Below are positions 16,882 through 26,784 of a DNA stretch of 34,292 bases, piece after piece. The DNA lies in contig JBCBZJ010000028.1 of the NCBI GenBank assembly GCA_039815375.1, forward strand, positions 1 through 34,292, given 5' to 3'. The translations under genes and the position numbers were made by a program. This DNA comes from Verrucomicrobiota bacterium. GTDB taxonomy: Bacteria > Verrucomicrobiota > Verrucomicrobiia > Opitutales > Coraliomargaritaceae. Under the pieces are notes generated by a model. It was not told the DNA's origin, did no database searches, and saw only the letters and a list, made by a program, of their open reading frames with translations. The stretch's first letter is position 1. The number at the start of each line of letters is the position of its first letter.

Positions 16882-18224
16882 TTCCGCATGAAGCAAAGCG
16901 CGGCACAAGCTTTCTAGGCTGGTTCCTGTATCACTTACATGACAAGCAAGCTTCGACACGAAAACGTGTGGGCTGGACACAAACGCTCAATATGCTGACA
17001 GACAATCCTGCAAAAGCATGGAAAGTGATGGCCTACACTGCAAAGTTAGCAGAGCGACTAAAAGAGGCCTCAGGCGTAGCCAAGACCGGAAGAAAGCTTC
17101 GCCTGCCGGTGTTCTCCTATAGCTTGTCCTGGCACCCAAGCGAACACCCCAGCAAAGAAGATATGCTACGTGCCGTCCATCGCTCGATTAAGGCCATCGG
17201 GATGGAAGACTACGAAGGATTAGTCGTAGCGCACACCGACACCCTTCACTCTCATGTGCATATCGCTCTAAACCGAGTTCATCCAATCACTGGACTTACC
17301 GCAGACAACGGTCAGACCAAACGCAAGCTTTCAGCCTTTGCTCTCAAATGGGAGCAAGACAACGGAATCATCCACTGCCCTCAACGAAAGGAAAACCATG
17401 ATATGCGAAAAGAAGGCAAAACGACCAAATACAATGATCCCATTATTGCTAAAGCATGGGAGCGATCAAACAATGGTCGGGAATTTATCTCTGAGCTGGA
17501 AAGGCATGAATACTATCTGGCGCGTGGACGAAAACGGCTGGTCGTAGTCGATACATACGGGAAAATCCATTCACCCACCCGCCACTTGAATCAAGTGAAC
17601 ATCAAGACTTTTGAGCAGAAGCTCGAAGATTTGGATTTCACGAGACTGCGCGACGCAGAAGACTTATCAAAAGCGATTGTGGAATTCAAGAAGCTGGACT
17701 ACAACAAGCGCCAGAAAGCCTTTGCATCAGACGATGCATCGGAAGAAATAGTGGAGACCAATCAGCAACCGCCTCAGAGTGAATCATCAAGACTAGAACA
17801 AGAACTCGAAACACTTTCGAAAGATGAAACCCATCAAGCATTACGGCTGAAGCAGGCGTTCGAGGCAGTCATTCTCCAGAGGCGCAAGACACTGGAGAAA
17901 GATCGCGGGTTGTCCATATTCCAAACAGAAATCAACAAGCTGAAAACCAAGAATAAACTCTCTGGCTTCTTGCAAAAGGCTTTCGGACTGCATTCTTACC
18001 GACACCTGAAACTTAAATCGCTACGACGCAAATTCAGCACTGCCTGCATCGCTATTGAAAAAGACATCCTGCCTTATCGCTACAAGATGAAGGAGGCACT
18101 TCAGCAAAACAAAGATCTCTACGAATACAGGCGCGCTGAATTACTCGCCAAGTTCAGCAAATGCGCAGCGAGAATCAACTCGGTTGACCCGAATCTAGGC
18201 CACAAATCGCTGAAATTGGAATGA
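16878..18224 (+). CDS. MOBP (VirD2-like) relaxase
   Basis: G.SF....Y, YSLSWHPSE and HUH motif AHTDTLHSHVHIALNRVHP. Confidence 0.92.
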   Translation: MIPHEAKRGTSFLGWFLYHLHDKQASTRKRVGWTQTLNMLTDNPAKAWKVMAYTAKLAERLKEASGVAKTGRKLRLPVFSYSLSWHPSEHPSKEDMLRAVHRSIKAIGMEDYEGLVVAHTDTLHSHVHIALNRVHPITGLTADNGQTKRKLSAFALKWEQDNGIIHCPQRKENHDMRKEGKTTKYNDPIIAKAWERSNNGREFISELERHEYYLARGRKRLVVVDTYGKIHSPTRHLNQVNIKTFEQKLEDLDFTRLRDAEDLSKAIVEFKKLDYNKRQKAFASDDASEEIVETNQQPPQSESSRLEQELETLSKDETHQALRLKQAFEAVILQRRKTLEKDRGLSIFQTEINKLKTKNKLSGFLQKAFGLHSYRHLKLKSLRRKFSTACIAIEKDILPYRYKMKEALQQNKDLYEYRRAELLAKFSKCAARINSVDPNLGHKSLKLE

Positions 18225-18420
18225 CCACCTCCAGAAGAAAAGCTTTGTCTCAGCTTCAGAAGTCTAGATTTGAATAAACAGCAGCGCTAATCTGATGGTG
18301 CATTTTCCTGCATTGAAGAGTACCTGAGCCAGCATAAGACCGTGAAAATGCAAGCACCAGAATAACTGAACAAGCTCTTACGAGGAGAAGCGGGTAAAAA
18401 TAAGCAAACCTTTCGAATCT

Positions 18421-19497
18421 CTATGACCTCATAGCTCGAAAGTGGCACTGAGACTTCTCTTCATCGATTTCTCCATTCTCAGAATCTCGGAAAATTAAAT
18501 CGTCAAACAATAAAAAGAAGTATTCCAAGCCATCCCGCGCATTCTTCTTATTGATGAGCATTTGTTCGCAGAATTTATAAAACGCATTCTGCATATTTCT
18601 GGCATTAACATCACAACCAAAGAAGAGTTCTCGATATGAATAGCCACTAAGCGTTTGATCTTTTACCTCAGCAGGCAGAGTTCGCTCCATGTAATTCAAA
18701 CCCTTGCAAATCGTGTCTATCGAAATACAGAGCGAATCCGACATAAAACTATAGTTATCCGGCAACCTAACTGCATCTAGCGGCTGCTCGTTGCTATGGT
18801 GCTCTGCCAAAAAGACAGCATTTTCCAACTCGTGCGCTATGTGTGCAAAAACACGATTCCAAGTCGTAACGATAGTCTTGAATGCTTTATCACGCGTCTT
18901 AAAGAGGTCATCATATGCCTCATCAACCAAAATATCATCGAGTTTTGGATTCGGAAAAACACTACGATCAATATGTATAAAGTGAATGTAAGATTTATCT
19001 CTTACTTCAGCAAAGCTTTCTTCTGCTTCATTGTCGGCGTGCGATTCAAATTTCCCTAATTTGCCGTAACAAAAGTCGTGGATCCACTTTTTTAAGCGCG
19101 TCTCAGTGTCACTCAACCCATCAGGGCTACCTTCTTCGTCGTTCAGGTAATCAAGAAAATCGACAAGCCGATAATTGTTGATGTAAGCCTCTTGGAATTC
19201 GTCCTATAGCAATCTATCTTCAACAAGAAGAGTGATTAGATGATAACGACCCTTACCATCCATTCTCAGCCTATGCTCTATAGTTGGTCGGCCATCATGC
19301 TTTTTCGACTTACCGTCCCCGCACTCATCACAGGTCAAAATATTCTCAGTTGGGTCAGCCAGAAGCAATGAATCAACAACTGACTGTTTTGGAAAGCTAC
19401 ACTTGGAACGTTCAAAAGCATACCGAGTGTATGAATAAGAAAGAGCGTATTTGAGACTACGGTATGCGTGGATGATTGGTAATTGATAAGGCTTCAC
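18421..19497 (-). pseudogene. Hypothetical gene of about 358 codons interrupted by one in-frame TAG at 19204-19206
   Basis: ORFs 19204..19497 and 18421..19116 share a frame, and the bridge DEFQEAYINNYRLVDFLDYLNDEEGSPDGL is open. Confidence 0.7.
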
Positions 19498-19592
19498 AAC
19501 AAGACAAAATAAAACGGTCGCGTTACAATAATACCGATTTTAGGCAGAGAGAACTAAACTCAATGCACTTTAACGAGAACCACCAGCAGCAA

Positions 19593-19784
19593 TCACTGCC
19601 CCGGCACTGGGCATGTTAGAGCAACTGCACTCTTGGTTTCTTTCAACGCACGCCTCATACTGCGAATGCGTGTCTCCGGCGAGGCCTTCTCACCAGTACA
19701 GCCAATGGAAGCACCCAAGTTCACCAACTTTGTCAGGTTGGCTGTAGTTGCATCTTGTGGCTTCATCTCGTTTTCTTTATTCAT
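19593..19784 (-). CDS. Small hypothetical protein
   Basis: 63-aa ORF co-oriented with its neighbours; no motif recognised. Confidence 0.35.
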   Translation of the reverse strand: MNKENEMKPQDATTANLTKLVNLGASIGCTGEKASPETRIRSMRRALKETKSAVALTCPVPGQ

Positions 19785-20154
19785 ATCGTATGCCCTTGTG
19801 TATCAAAGTTTTGTTGTTTTTAAGCTTAATGCAAGTCAAAGGAGCAGTCAACCAAAGGAGCCCGCACTTTTGACAAAAATTTTGAAATAGCAAATTCGCA
19901 TTTAAATTAGATACAAGCTCAAAATAACGCTCAAATAGCACAGAAAGAATATTTCAAATTCAGTATCTAATTTCGTAATTAAAATACTAATATTCAACAA
20001 CTTAATAAATCCACCCATCCAGAAAAAAACCAATCGTTATTCCATCGCCAACAGCGTATTACCTAGGCCCGCCTACTATCTTTATGCAGGAGACAGCCGA
20101 CCGAGCCCCCTGCAATTTGAGTTGGTCAATCACACCTCACAAAGCACTCGCCTG

Positions 20155-20481
20155 CTAGTCAGTCTCATTAATCGACCATTTGAGCTCAGTAACCCTCACC
20201 TCGCATTTTTCACTATCTGTGCTACACCGAACGCTGCGAACTTCCTGCATTTGAAAATACCCCCATAGCTCATCAAGGTTATGGCCGTAGATATTGACCA
20301 CAAAATCTTCACCAAAATACAGATCAATTTGATGACGATCAGAGCACTGAAAATAATCACCATATGTGAAGCTATGGTAAGGAAAAGCTCGCTGATTTGG
20401 GCCACCATCCGCAGTAAATGTAGGACAACCGGGTGCAAGTTGATAGGCATCGTTGTTTTCCAATTTAGGTTCTTCGGTCAT
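20155..20481 (-). CDS. Hypothetical protein coupled to the MOBF relaxase
   Basis: 108 aa; ATGA overlap with the relaxase stop. Confidence 0.7.
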   Translation of the reverse strand: MTEEPKLENNDAYQLAPGCPTFTADGGPNQRAFPYHSFTYGDYFQCSDRHQIDLYFGEDFVVNIYGHNLDELWGYFQMQEVRSVRCSTDSEKCEVRVTELKWSINETD

Positions 20482-21821
20482 CGTTGTTTTCTTTTGCGTG
20501 CTTGACGGGTTAATTCGCGGACAATGAAGCCAGCAGGATGACCATTCAGGGCATTCAAAATAGCATGACCGCGCTTGATCTTGCGTAGAGCTTCAATGCG
20601 CCTTGTCTGCTCTCTTTTCACACGAGCATGCTGCGATTTACTCTTGATCAGGTTACGCTTTCCTAGAGGTGTTTGCCTGACTGGCTCTGCGACTTGGGGC
20701 TTATTCTTTTTACGAGCATTATCTGTATCCTGAGACATCAAAGAAGCGCCTTGATCTTGAAGCGGCTCTATAGCTGGTGCGTTCATCGCCTGTTGACTCA
20801 AAATCGCGTGCTGCACGGTCTTCTTCAGTCCATGTTGCTGCTCTGGCCGCAGACGTTCTAACTGGCTCGACAGAACTTCTGCTTGCGAGCTGTTCGCCAT
20901 CTTCGACGAACGCCAATCGTTAACGAAGGATTGGACGATCTGGTTCTCAGGCTTCTGGCCGAAGGCCTGCTCATACTCGCCAATGAAACGCTTCGTGGCC
21001 GGCCCTTTGGTTTCCTTAATAAAATACTCTACGCGCCTCTCATCAGGCTTTTGACCGAACATTTCCTGATAGCGATCTATGAAATCAACCTTCTGTTTCG
21101 AGCGCGCTGAAAAAAGCAATTCCATCTCGGCGGTAATCCCGCGCAGACGCGGCACGTCCTGCTTCTGATCAGGATCATATTTCCAGTGCACATCATAGCC
21201 GAGCTTACGGCACTCCTTTGCCATGTCCTGATAGAACGCCCGTCGGATCGACAGTTTGCTTTGCTCCATCATTTCGCGTGGCTGGAGCGCATACCACTGC
21301 TGCGCTTGCTCGCACCACGTATGATTTGAAAACACGCAGTGCGCATGAAGCTGAGGATCAAGCAGGCGACTGGTATCGTGATGATAAACGGCTGCAACGC
21401 CGTTGCTCGTTTGGACTGTATTTTCAGTATTGTGGGATTTGCCCTGACGCTCACGTCTAGACGCATAAGATTCCAGATGCTTGAAGGTGCGATCAACGAC
21501 TTCCTCAAAAGCCTTCACCAGACGCTCATCTCCACCCACCAGTGCCGCAATACTAATGGTCTTTGGACAAGAGATCACAATATCATGAAACATGCCCTCA
21601 GTAGTTCGGAGCCTGAGCTTTTCATCGGTGAGCGGGTGCTTATTTGTGCGCAAAGCTTCAAAAGCCTCGGCAGTCACTGCCTGTCCCTCGATGCCGAGGA
21701 GTTCCGCAGCCTTCCCCCGCCAGTAACCTATCACCGTTTCATTCTCACAGTAATAATCGTTCGCACTGAGGTGCCGCTTCATGTAGCCCTCGCCCCCTTT
21801 GATCTGACTTGCCGTAATCAT
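20478..21821 (-). CDS. MOBF (TrwC-domain) relaxase lacking the helicase domain
   Basis: N-terminal Y...DYY, W.G, D..IS.PK.IS and HDTSRLLDPQLHAH motifs, FS.R; 447 aa with no Walker A. Confidence 0.92.
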   Translation of the reverse strand: MITASQIKGGEGYMKRHLSANDYYCENETVIGYWRGKAAELLGIEGQAVTAEAFEALRTNKHPLTDEKLRLRTTEGMFHDIVISCPKTISIAALVGGDERLVKAFEEVVDRTFKHLESYASRRERQGKSHNTENTVQTSNGVAAVYHHDTSRLLDPQLHAHCVFSNHTWCEQAQQWYALQPREMMEQSKLSIRRAFYQDMAKECRKLGYDVHWKYDPDQKQDVPRLRGITAEMELLFSARSKQKVDFIDRYQEMFGQKPDERRVEYFIKETKGPATKRFIGEYEQAFGQKPENQIVQSFVNDWRSSKMANSSQAEVLSSQLERLRPEQQHGLKKTVQHAILSQQAMNAPAIEPLQDQGASLMSQDTDNARKKNKPQVAEPVRQTPLGKRNLIKSKSQHARVKREQTRRIEALRKIKRGHAILNALNGHPAGFIVRELTRQARKRKQR

Positions 21822-21871
21822 TCATAGGAGGAATGCGCCAGTGCGCGGCAATTTATCCGATTTTTTAAAGC

Positions 21872-22249
21872 TTAACCCAACAGTTTCAGCTTAAAATGCT
21901 TTACGAAATGACGGTAATCGCTGTCTCTGGCGATCAAGGGAATACCGTGGTCGATGCAATAAACAGCGATCATTGTATCAAGCGTCCGTGCCTTATAACT
22001 CTTCTGCAAAAGTTTTAGACGAGCTTTCCCAACACGCTCCCAGAAACCGGCTTCAATGGGCAGCTGGGGCAATTCCAGAATGGCCTGTTTCGCCCCATCG
22101 GTAATACCGCGAGCACTGAACAACTCAGCAATGACGAAAGGTGGGATAATGAGTAATTCATCATCAACCGCCTGAGCAACCAATTCCACATCCTTAGCCT
22201 CATCGCCTTGCAGGAATGCTACGAGGCTACTGGTATCAACTCCAATCAC
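21872..22249 (-). CDS. vapC: PIN-domain toxin VapC
   Basis: GTG start at 22249 overlapping the antitoxin stop; VDTS, E, D..IA and D.DY acidic tetrad. Confidence 0.9.
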   Translation of the reverse strand: MIGVDTSSLVAFLQGDEAKDVELVAQAVDDELLIIPPFVIAELFSARGITDGAKQAILELPQLPIEAGFWERVGKARLKLLQKSYKARTLDTMIAVYCIDHGIPLIARDSDYRHFVKHFKLKLLG

Positions 22250-22470
22250 GATAAATCCCGATCCGCGCGAGAAGCGCTGATATCGATATCCAGTGTTTTG
22301 CAACTGCCTCGCAATTGCCGTATTTTACCGTAAGCACCAGAGGAAGTCAGCTTAGCAAGCCCAGCAGTTACAGTTTTTGTAATACCATCTCCCGTGAATT
22401 CCTGCGCCTCTTCCAACAGGAAGGCGGGCACATGGACTGTAATTTTACGCAAAGTTTCAGTTTCGGCCAT
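22246..22470 (-). CDS. vapB: VapB-type antitoxin (RHH)
   Basis: 74 aa with RKITVHVP..LLEEA; GGAG RBS; coupled to the PIN gene. Confidence 0.85.
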   Translation of the reverse strand: MAETETLRKITVHVPAFLLEEAQEFTGDGITKTVTAGLAKLTSSGAYGKIRQLRGSCKTLDIDISASRADRDLS

Positions 22471-22933
22471 TTTTAGTCTCCCTTCATTTATGGTTTATTA
22501 TGCCATAATTCATGCTGGCATGTCAACTGGCATTACGGTTGAGGAGAAACTACAGGCTCTACTAGAACGGCACGTCTAGAGGTTTGGCTAGCCAGACCCA
22601 ATCTATGGATTTCGGGCTATTCAGATTACGATCCTTAATACAAAAGAAAATGTTGAGTCGCTGGCGCGACGCGTTGCAAGAAACCTGCCCTTTTAGCGTA
22701 TATCAAAACCTGGAATTCATAAATAGTCTTCCGCCGCAAGCAGGTGTAAGGCAGCAAGCTGCCAACACCAACTAGCGGTCTCCCGAGAAGACTATTTACA
22801 AATTCCAGAACTTGATCGATCGCCTGATTGTCCCGCGCGGTAAACCGCACGGGGCTTTTTTTGTGCTTTTTTGCAGGCGCTCGCCGCTGGGCAAGGGTTC
22901 ATGCGAACGGGAAAATTTAAAAAGGAGATACCC

Positions 22934-23065
22934 ATGCACTTCACAACACACTACGGCGCAAACGTCGAACTATGCGAAAGCTCTAGCGATGAATCCTGCT
23001 GGATTCCCATCAATGAACCACGACTAAACATGGACACCCATGCCACCGAAGAAGCCACTGCATAA
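22934..23065 (+). CDS. Small acidic peptide (43 aa)
   Basis: Strong AAAGGAG RBS before ATG 22934; first ORF of the rightward cluster. Confidence 0.45.
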   Translation: MHFTTHYGANVELCESSSDESCWIPINEPRLNMDTHATEEATA

Positions 23066-23097
23066 GATCAATCATTCAAAACAAAGGAGATTTATGA

Positions 23098-23520
23098 ATG
23101 TCACAGACCATCAAAAAAATTACCAAAACAGAATGCCCTACAGGCCTGCGGATGGACTTTCTTCCTAATGCCGTGGGCGGAAACATTGTTCAATGCGTCA
23201 AGTATGAGCATCTGACTTTCGCCTTTATGGACAAAGCTTCACCTGATTACGGCAGCGGCTTCTGGAACTTTTACTCCCTCTCAAATGGCGGCTTTTACAT
23301 GGCTCCAGAAATCGATGGAGACATCAGGATGGAATGGGAAGACAACTACTTTGAAGGCAAGATGAGCGCAGATGCTGCTGGTATCTCAATCAGCCTGTTG
23401 GCTCAGAATTACTTTGCGTGGCACGTCAACCGTGAGCGCTTCGCAGATAAATATCATCAGCTTCTAGATTATGCGGCGCAGCATAAGGAAGCGCCAGCAA
23501 TCTACCGCTTTATTGACTAA
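23098..23520 (+). CDS. ArdB/KlcA-family antirestriction protein
   Basis: Y..GFWNFY.LSNGGFYMAP...NYFEG.MSADAAGI...H.EA..IYR.ID. Confidence 0.92.
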   Translation: MSQTIKKITKTECPTGLRMDFLPNAVGGNIVQCVKYEHLTFAFMDKASPDYGSGFWNFYSLSNGGFYMAPEIDGDIRMEWEDNYFEGKMSADAAGISISLLAQNYFAWHVNRERFADKYHQLLDYAAQHKEAPAIYRFID

Positions 23521-23582
23521 ACGCTACAGGTCAGCCGATAGGCGGCTGACCTGCCCACCCTGAAACGATTTGGAGCTTATGA

Positions 23583-24362
23583 ATGCCCGAAGAAACCTAC
23601 CGAACGATCATCGAACAGATCGCCCGCCGTAAATCATCCTCAGTCACTGTTTTTGCAGATTTCTGCCGAATGGTCGCTTGTGCCCTCGCCATGCAAACCC
23701 GTGAGGAGGAGTATTTTGAAGCGATCAAAGGTTACAGCAAAGACGAACTAGAGCTGCTTTCCAAGGCAATGGGCTTACTTGTGATGGAAACGGAGAAAGC
23801 CCCGTTCACTGACGTTCTCGGCACATATTACACGGAAATCGGCAGTCGATCTAGCCAGAAAGACCGAGGCGAATTTTACACACCGCAACACGTTTCACAA
23901 CTCATGGCCAAGATAACCATTGATGCCAAAGAAATCATAGAACGTGGCATCCCAATAACTTTGAATGAACCTGCTTCCGGGGCAGGTGGTATGATCTTGG
24001 CCATCGCAGAGGAATTTGCGCCGGAGATCGTTGACGGAAAGCCACAAGGAAAAAGCTACGTGGATTTGCTGCGCGTCACGTGTCAGGACATCAATCCGAT
24101 TGCTGTGGATATGTGCTACATCAATACCACACTTTGGGGCATCCCCGCACATATCATTCAAGGCAACGCTCTTTCAAATGAGATTGTTCACAGTTGGAAA
24201 AACATTCATTGGCTTCGCGTCTGCGAAGATGAACGTCAGTCCTTTCTACAAATGATGCGTTTGATTACTAATCCACCAAAGAAACCAAGCGAAGCACCCG
24301 AACCATTCACGGCTCCCATAAAAGGAAATCAGGTTGAATTTGATTTCGACCTCACACCATAG
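23583..24362 (+). CDS. N-6 DNA methyltransferase-like protein (SAM-binding part)
   Basis: GEFYTP..VS.LMA, EPASGAGGMIL, DI and GNAL motifs; no canonical NPPY/F. Confidence 0.8.
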   Translation: MPEETYRTIIEQIARRKSSSVTVFADFCRMVACALAMQTREEEYFEAIKGYSKDELELLSKAMGLLVMETEKAPFTDVLGTYYTEIGSRSSQKDRGEFYTPQHVSQLMAKITIDAKEIIERGIPITLNEPASGAGGMILAIAEEFAPEIVDGKPQGKSYVDLLRVTCQDINPIAVDMCYINTTLWGIPAHIIQGNALSNEIVHSWKNIHWLRVCEDERQSFLQMMRLITNPPKKPSEAPEPFTAPIKGNQVEFDFDLTP

Positions 24363-24372
24363 GCCAAGCGCC

Positions 24373-24422
24373 TGATTTCAACGCAGAGGCCAGTGCTAGA
24401 ACTGGCTTCAACGGTGCAATCA
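24373..24422 (+). repeat. Conserved intergenic hairpin, copy 1
   Basis: TGATTTCAACGCAGAGGCCAGT-GCTAGA-ACTGGCTTCAACGGTGCAATCA. Confidence 0.75.
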
Positions 24423-24449
24423 TGCCCCACTTACTCAAAGGAGAAAAAT

Positions 24450-26348
24450 ATGAGTAATACAGCTAAGGCTCCTAAAACAGAAGCCCGTCCAACACCTATC
24501 ATGGTGCCCTTGAACAAACTCATCGAAGACCCCGACAATGTGCGTCAGACACGATCAAACGATGGCATCGAATCATTGGCTGACAACATACACGCCGAAG
24601 GCCTGTTACAAAATCTTGTCGTGCGTAAAGTAAAGGGCGGTAAATACGCTGTAACGGGCGGTGAGCGAAGACGAACAGCACTTAATGTGCTCGTTAAACG
24701 TAAGCACATGAAAGCAAGCGATCAAATCCCCTGCTTACTCATTACTGAAGCTCACACAAGTGCCAGCTTGTCCGAAAACATTCACCGCATGGCAATGCAC
24801 CCGGCCGATCAGTTTGTCGCATGGGCTAAAATGCAAGATGATGGATTAAGCGTTTCTGAAATCGCCCAACGTCATGGATCAAGCACCCGTGTCGTCGAAC
24901 AACGATTGAAACTTGGACGCTTGTCGCCTGTTCTTTTGGATGCTCTGAAAGCTGATGAAATCAGTGTTGATGTCGCCTGCGCGTTTGCCGCGACCGACGA
25001 ACACAAAAAGCAAGAAGAGGTATATGAAAGCCTCAAAGCCCGTGGCTGGGGCATGAACGCCCACACGGTAAAATCAGCGCTCACTGGTGACGAAGTTCGC
25101 TCAACTCACAAACTGGCGATATTCGTCGGACAAGAAGCCTATGAAAAAGCTGGCGGTGAAATCCGCACTGACCTCTTTGAAGATGATGTCTATTTTCAGG
25201 ACATTGAATTACTCAACCAGCTTGCCAGTGAGAAGCTGGAGGCCGAAGCCAAGCAGTTCAAAGAAAACGGGTGGGCCTGGATCGAAATTGCATTCGACAG
25301 AGACTTTAACGCTGGGAGCAAGATGCGCCTTATACATGCTCATGAAATCGCTTTATCTGAGGCAGACCAACAAGAGAAAGAGAAGCTAGAAAAACGCTAC
25401 GAGGAGATCGAAGAAGCCGCAGAGGATGTAAACGATCAAGCCATCTCTGAATGTGATGAAATCGATCAAAAGCTAGATTTACTTCGGGACAAATCACTAG
25501 CCTACAAGTCAGAGGAAATCGCAATTTCTGGGGGCTTCTTATCTCTTAGCCATGACGGAACACTCGATGTGAGACTCGGATATGTCAGGCGTGAAGATGA
25601 CCCCAAGGTGAGCGCTGAAAAAAGAAAGGCCGCGGAGGAACGCGCCAATATGCCTTCGCAACTCACTAAATCTCTACGGAGCGACCTTTCCGCTTTGCGA
25701 CGCGAGATTATACAAGCCTCATTCTTGAAATCTCCTACCATTGCTAGAGACTTATTGGCTTTCCATACGATCCGTAGCGTTCTTTCCGTCGGCTACCACA
25801 AGACCCCGTTTAATCTCTCAGCCAGAGAAGGTCAGAGTGCGGCCTCTGTCTCAAAAAGTGGAGACATGGGAAAGTTCGTAGGACGCAAGAACACTGAAAA
25901 GCTGATCGCAAAGCTTCACTTGGATTGCTTTGAAATCGTCGATGAAGTCGAAAGCTTTGAAGCCTTTCATGCACTTACAGAAAAAGACAAAATTGCACTA
26001 CAAGCTTATGCAGCTTCACTGATGCTCGAACCTCAGCTCAACGATGATCCGTCCTTAGACCCTACTTTGGAAAAAGCGGCAAAGCTTATGTCGGTCGATG
26101 TATCCAAATACTGGACACCTGACAGTGATTTCTTCACTCGACTGACGAAGAAGCACATAGAGGAAATCGCTAGTAAAGTCATTACAGCTGAATTTGCCCA
26201 GCGTCACGCCGAGTCAAAGAAGAGTGACTTCGCTAAGGCGATGGGCAGCGCATTCAATAGTGGAGGCAAGACGACCCACTTAAATAAAGCAGCTATTGAT
26301 CGCATTGCGAATTGGGTACCGGAGTGCATGGAAGTCGCCAGCGTTTGA
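24450..26348 (+). CDS. Long ParB/RepB/Spo0J-family protein of plasmid and ICE leading regions
   Basis: AAGGAG RBS before ATG 24450; NVR, GLLQNLVV, GGERRR, SLSEN..R..MHPADQ, HTH and Y..AGG.I..DLF motifs. Confidence 0.92.
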   Translation: MSNTAKAPKTEARPTPIMVPLNKLIEDPDNVRQTRSNDGIESLADNIHAEGLLQNLVVRKVKGGKYAVTGGERRRTALNVLVKRKHMKASDQIPCLLITEAHTSASLSENIHRMAMHPADQFVAWAKMQDDGLSVSEIAQRHGSSTRVVEQRLKLGRLSPVLLDALKADEISVDVACAFAATDEHKKQEEVYESLKARGWGMNAHTVKSALTGDEVRSTHKLAIFVGQEAYEKAGGEIRTDLFEDDVYFQDIELLNQLASEKLEAEAKQFKENGWAWIEIAFDRDFNAGSKMRLIHAHEIALSEADQQEKEKLEKRYEEIEEAAEDVNDQAISECDEIDQKLDLLRDKSLAYKSEEIAISGGFLSLSHDGTLDVRLGYVRREDDPKVSAEKRKAAEERANMPSQLTKSLRSDLSALRREIIQASFLKSPTIARDLLAFHTIRSVLSVGYHKTPFNLSAREGQSAASVSKSGDMGKFVGRKNTEKLIAKLHLDCFEIVDEVESFEAFHALTEKDKIALQAYAASLMLEPQLNDDPSLDPTLEKAAKLMSVDVSKYWTPDSDFFTRLTKKHIEEIASKVITAEFAQRHAESKKSDFAKAMGSAFNSGGKTTHLNKAAIDRIANWVPECMEVASV

Positions 26349-26395
26349 TTGTAGCACAGAGGCCAGCCACGCGGCTGGCCTCAATGGTGCAATCA
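26346..26395 (+). repeat. Conserved intergenic hairpin, copy 2
   Basis: TGATTGTAGCACAGAGGCCAGCC-ACGC-GGCTGGCCTCAATGGTGCAATCA; begins with the ParB stop codon. Confidence 0.8.
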
Positions 26396-26536
26396 GGCAT
26401 CGTGAAAGTAAGGAGACAGATTTGAAGTTTATTCAATATCTGCACAGCGAAGTGCGCCTCACAGTGATTGAACTTGCTCTGATTAATACGGTAGCCCATT
26501 TTCTACTGCTCTGTCTTTTCAGGTGCTAGCGGTCAG

Positions 26537-26707
26537 ATCAGTGAAGTCATTGGTTCGGCACTTTCCGAACGCCATGCCAGCAAGAAGAAAGGCGATTTCA
26601 CTGATGCGCTTGGCAACGCCTTCAATGAGGGCGGCAAAACAACGCACCCCGATCAGGATGCACTCCAGCGTGTGGCTGACTGGATACCAGAGTGCATGGA
26701 AGTATGA
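26537..26707 (+). pseudogene. Orphan 3' fragment of a second ParB-like gene
   Basis: ISEVIGSALSERHASKKKGDFTDALGNAFNEGGKTTHPDQDALQRVADWIPECMEV* aligns with the tail of the 24450 ParB. An in-frame stop lies upstream at 26492 and there is no start codon. Confidence 0.85.
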
Positions 26708-26756
26708 TTATAGCACAGAAGCCGGCCCAGTTTGGCTGCCTTCGATGGTGTAATTA
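26705..26756 (+). repeat. Conserved intergenic hairpin, copy 3
   Basis: TGATTATAGCACAGAAGCCGGCC-CAGTTT-GGCTGCCTTCGATGGTGTAATTA. Confidence 0.75.
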
Positions 26757-26784
26757 AGCGCCAATAAACTGAAAGGACGACACA

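Noticed and set aside
20059..20065. Fifth TTACCTA core
   Set aside because: The flanks are not palindromic and match neither arm type; a 7-mer is expected by chance in 34 kb.
21825..21870. MOBF oriT directly upstream of the relaxase
   Set aside because: Only a weak GC-rich inverted repeat with no recognisable nic; the 29045-29082 site fits better, though this one is not excluded.
22250..22303. Longer ORF-track starts for vapC (also for ParB at 24393 and the coupling protein at 30711)
   Set aside because: Downstream starts have better RBS or translational coupling and match the expected domain boundaries.
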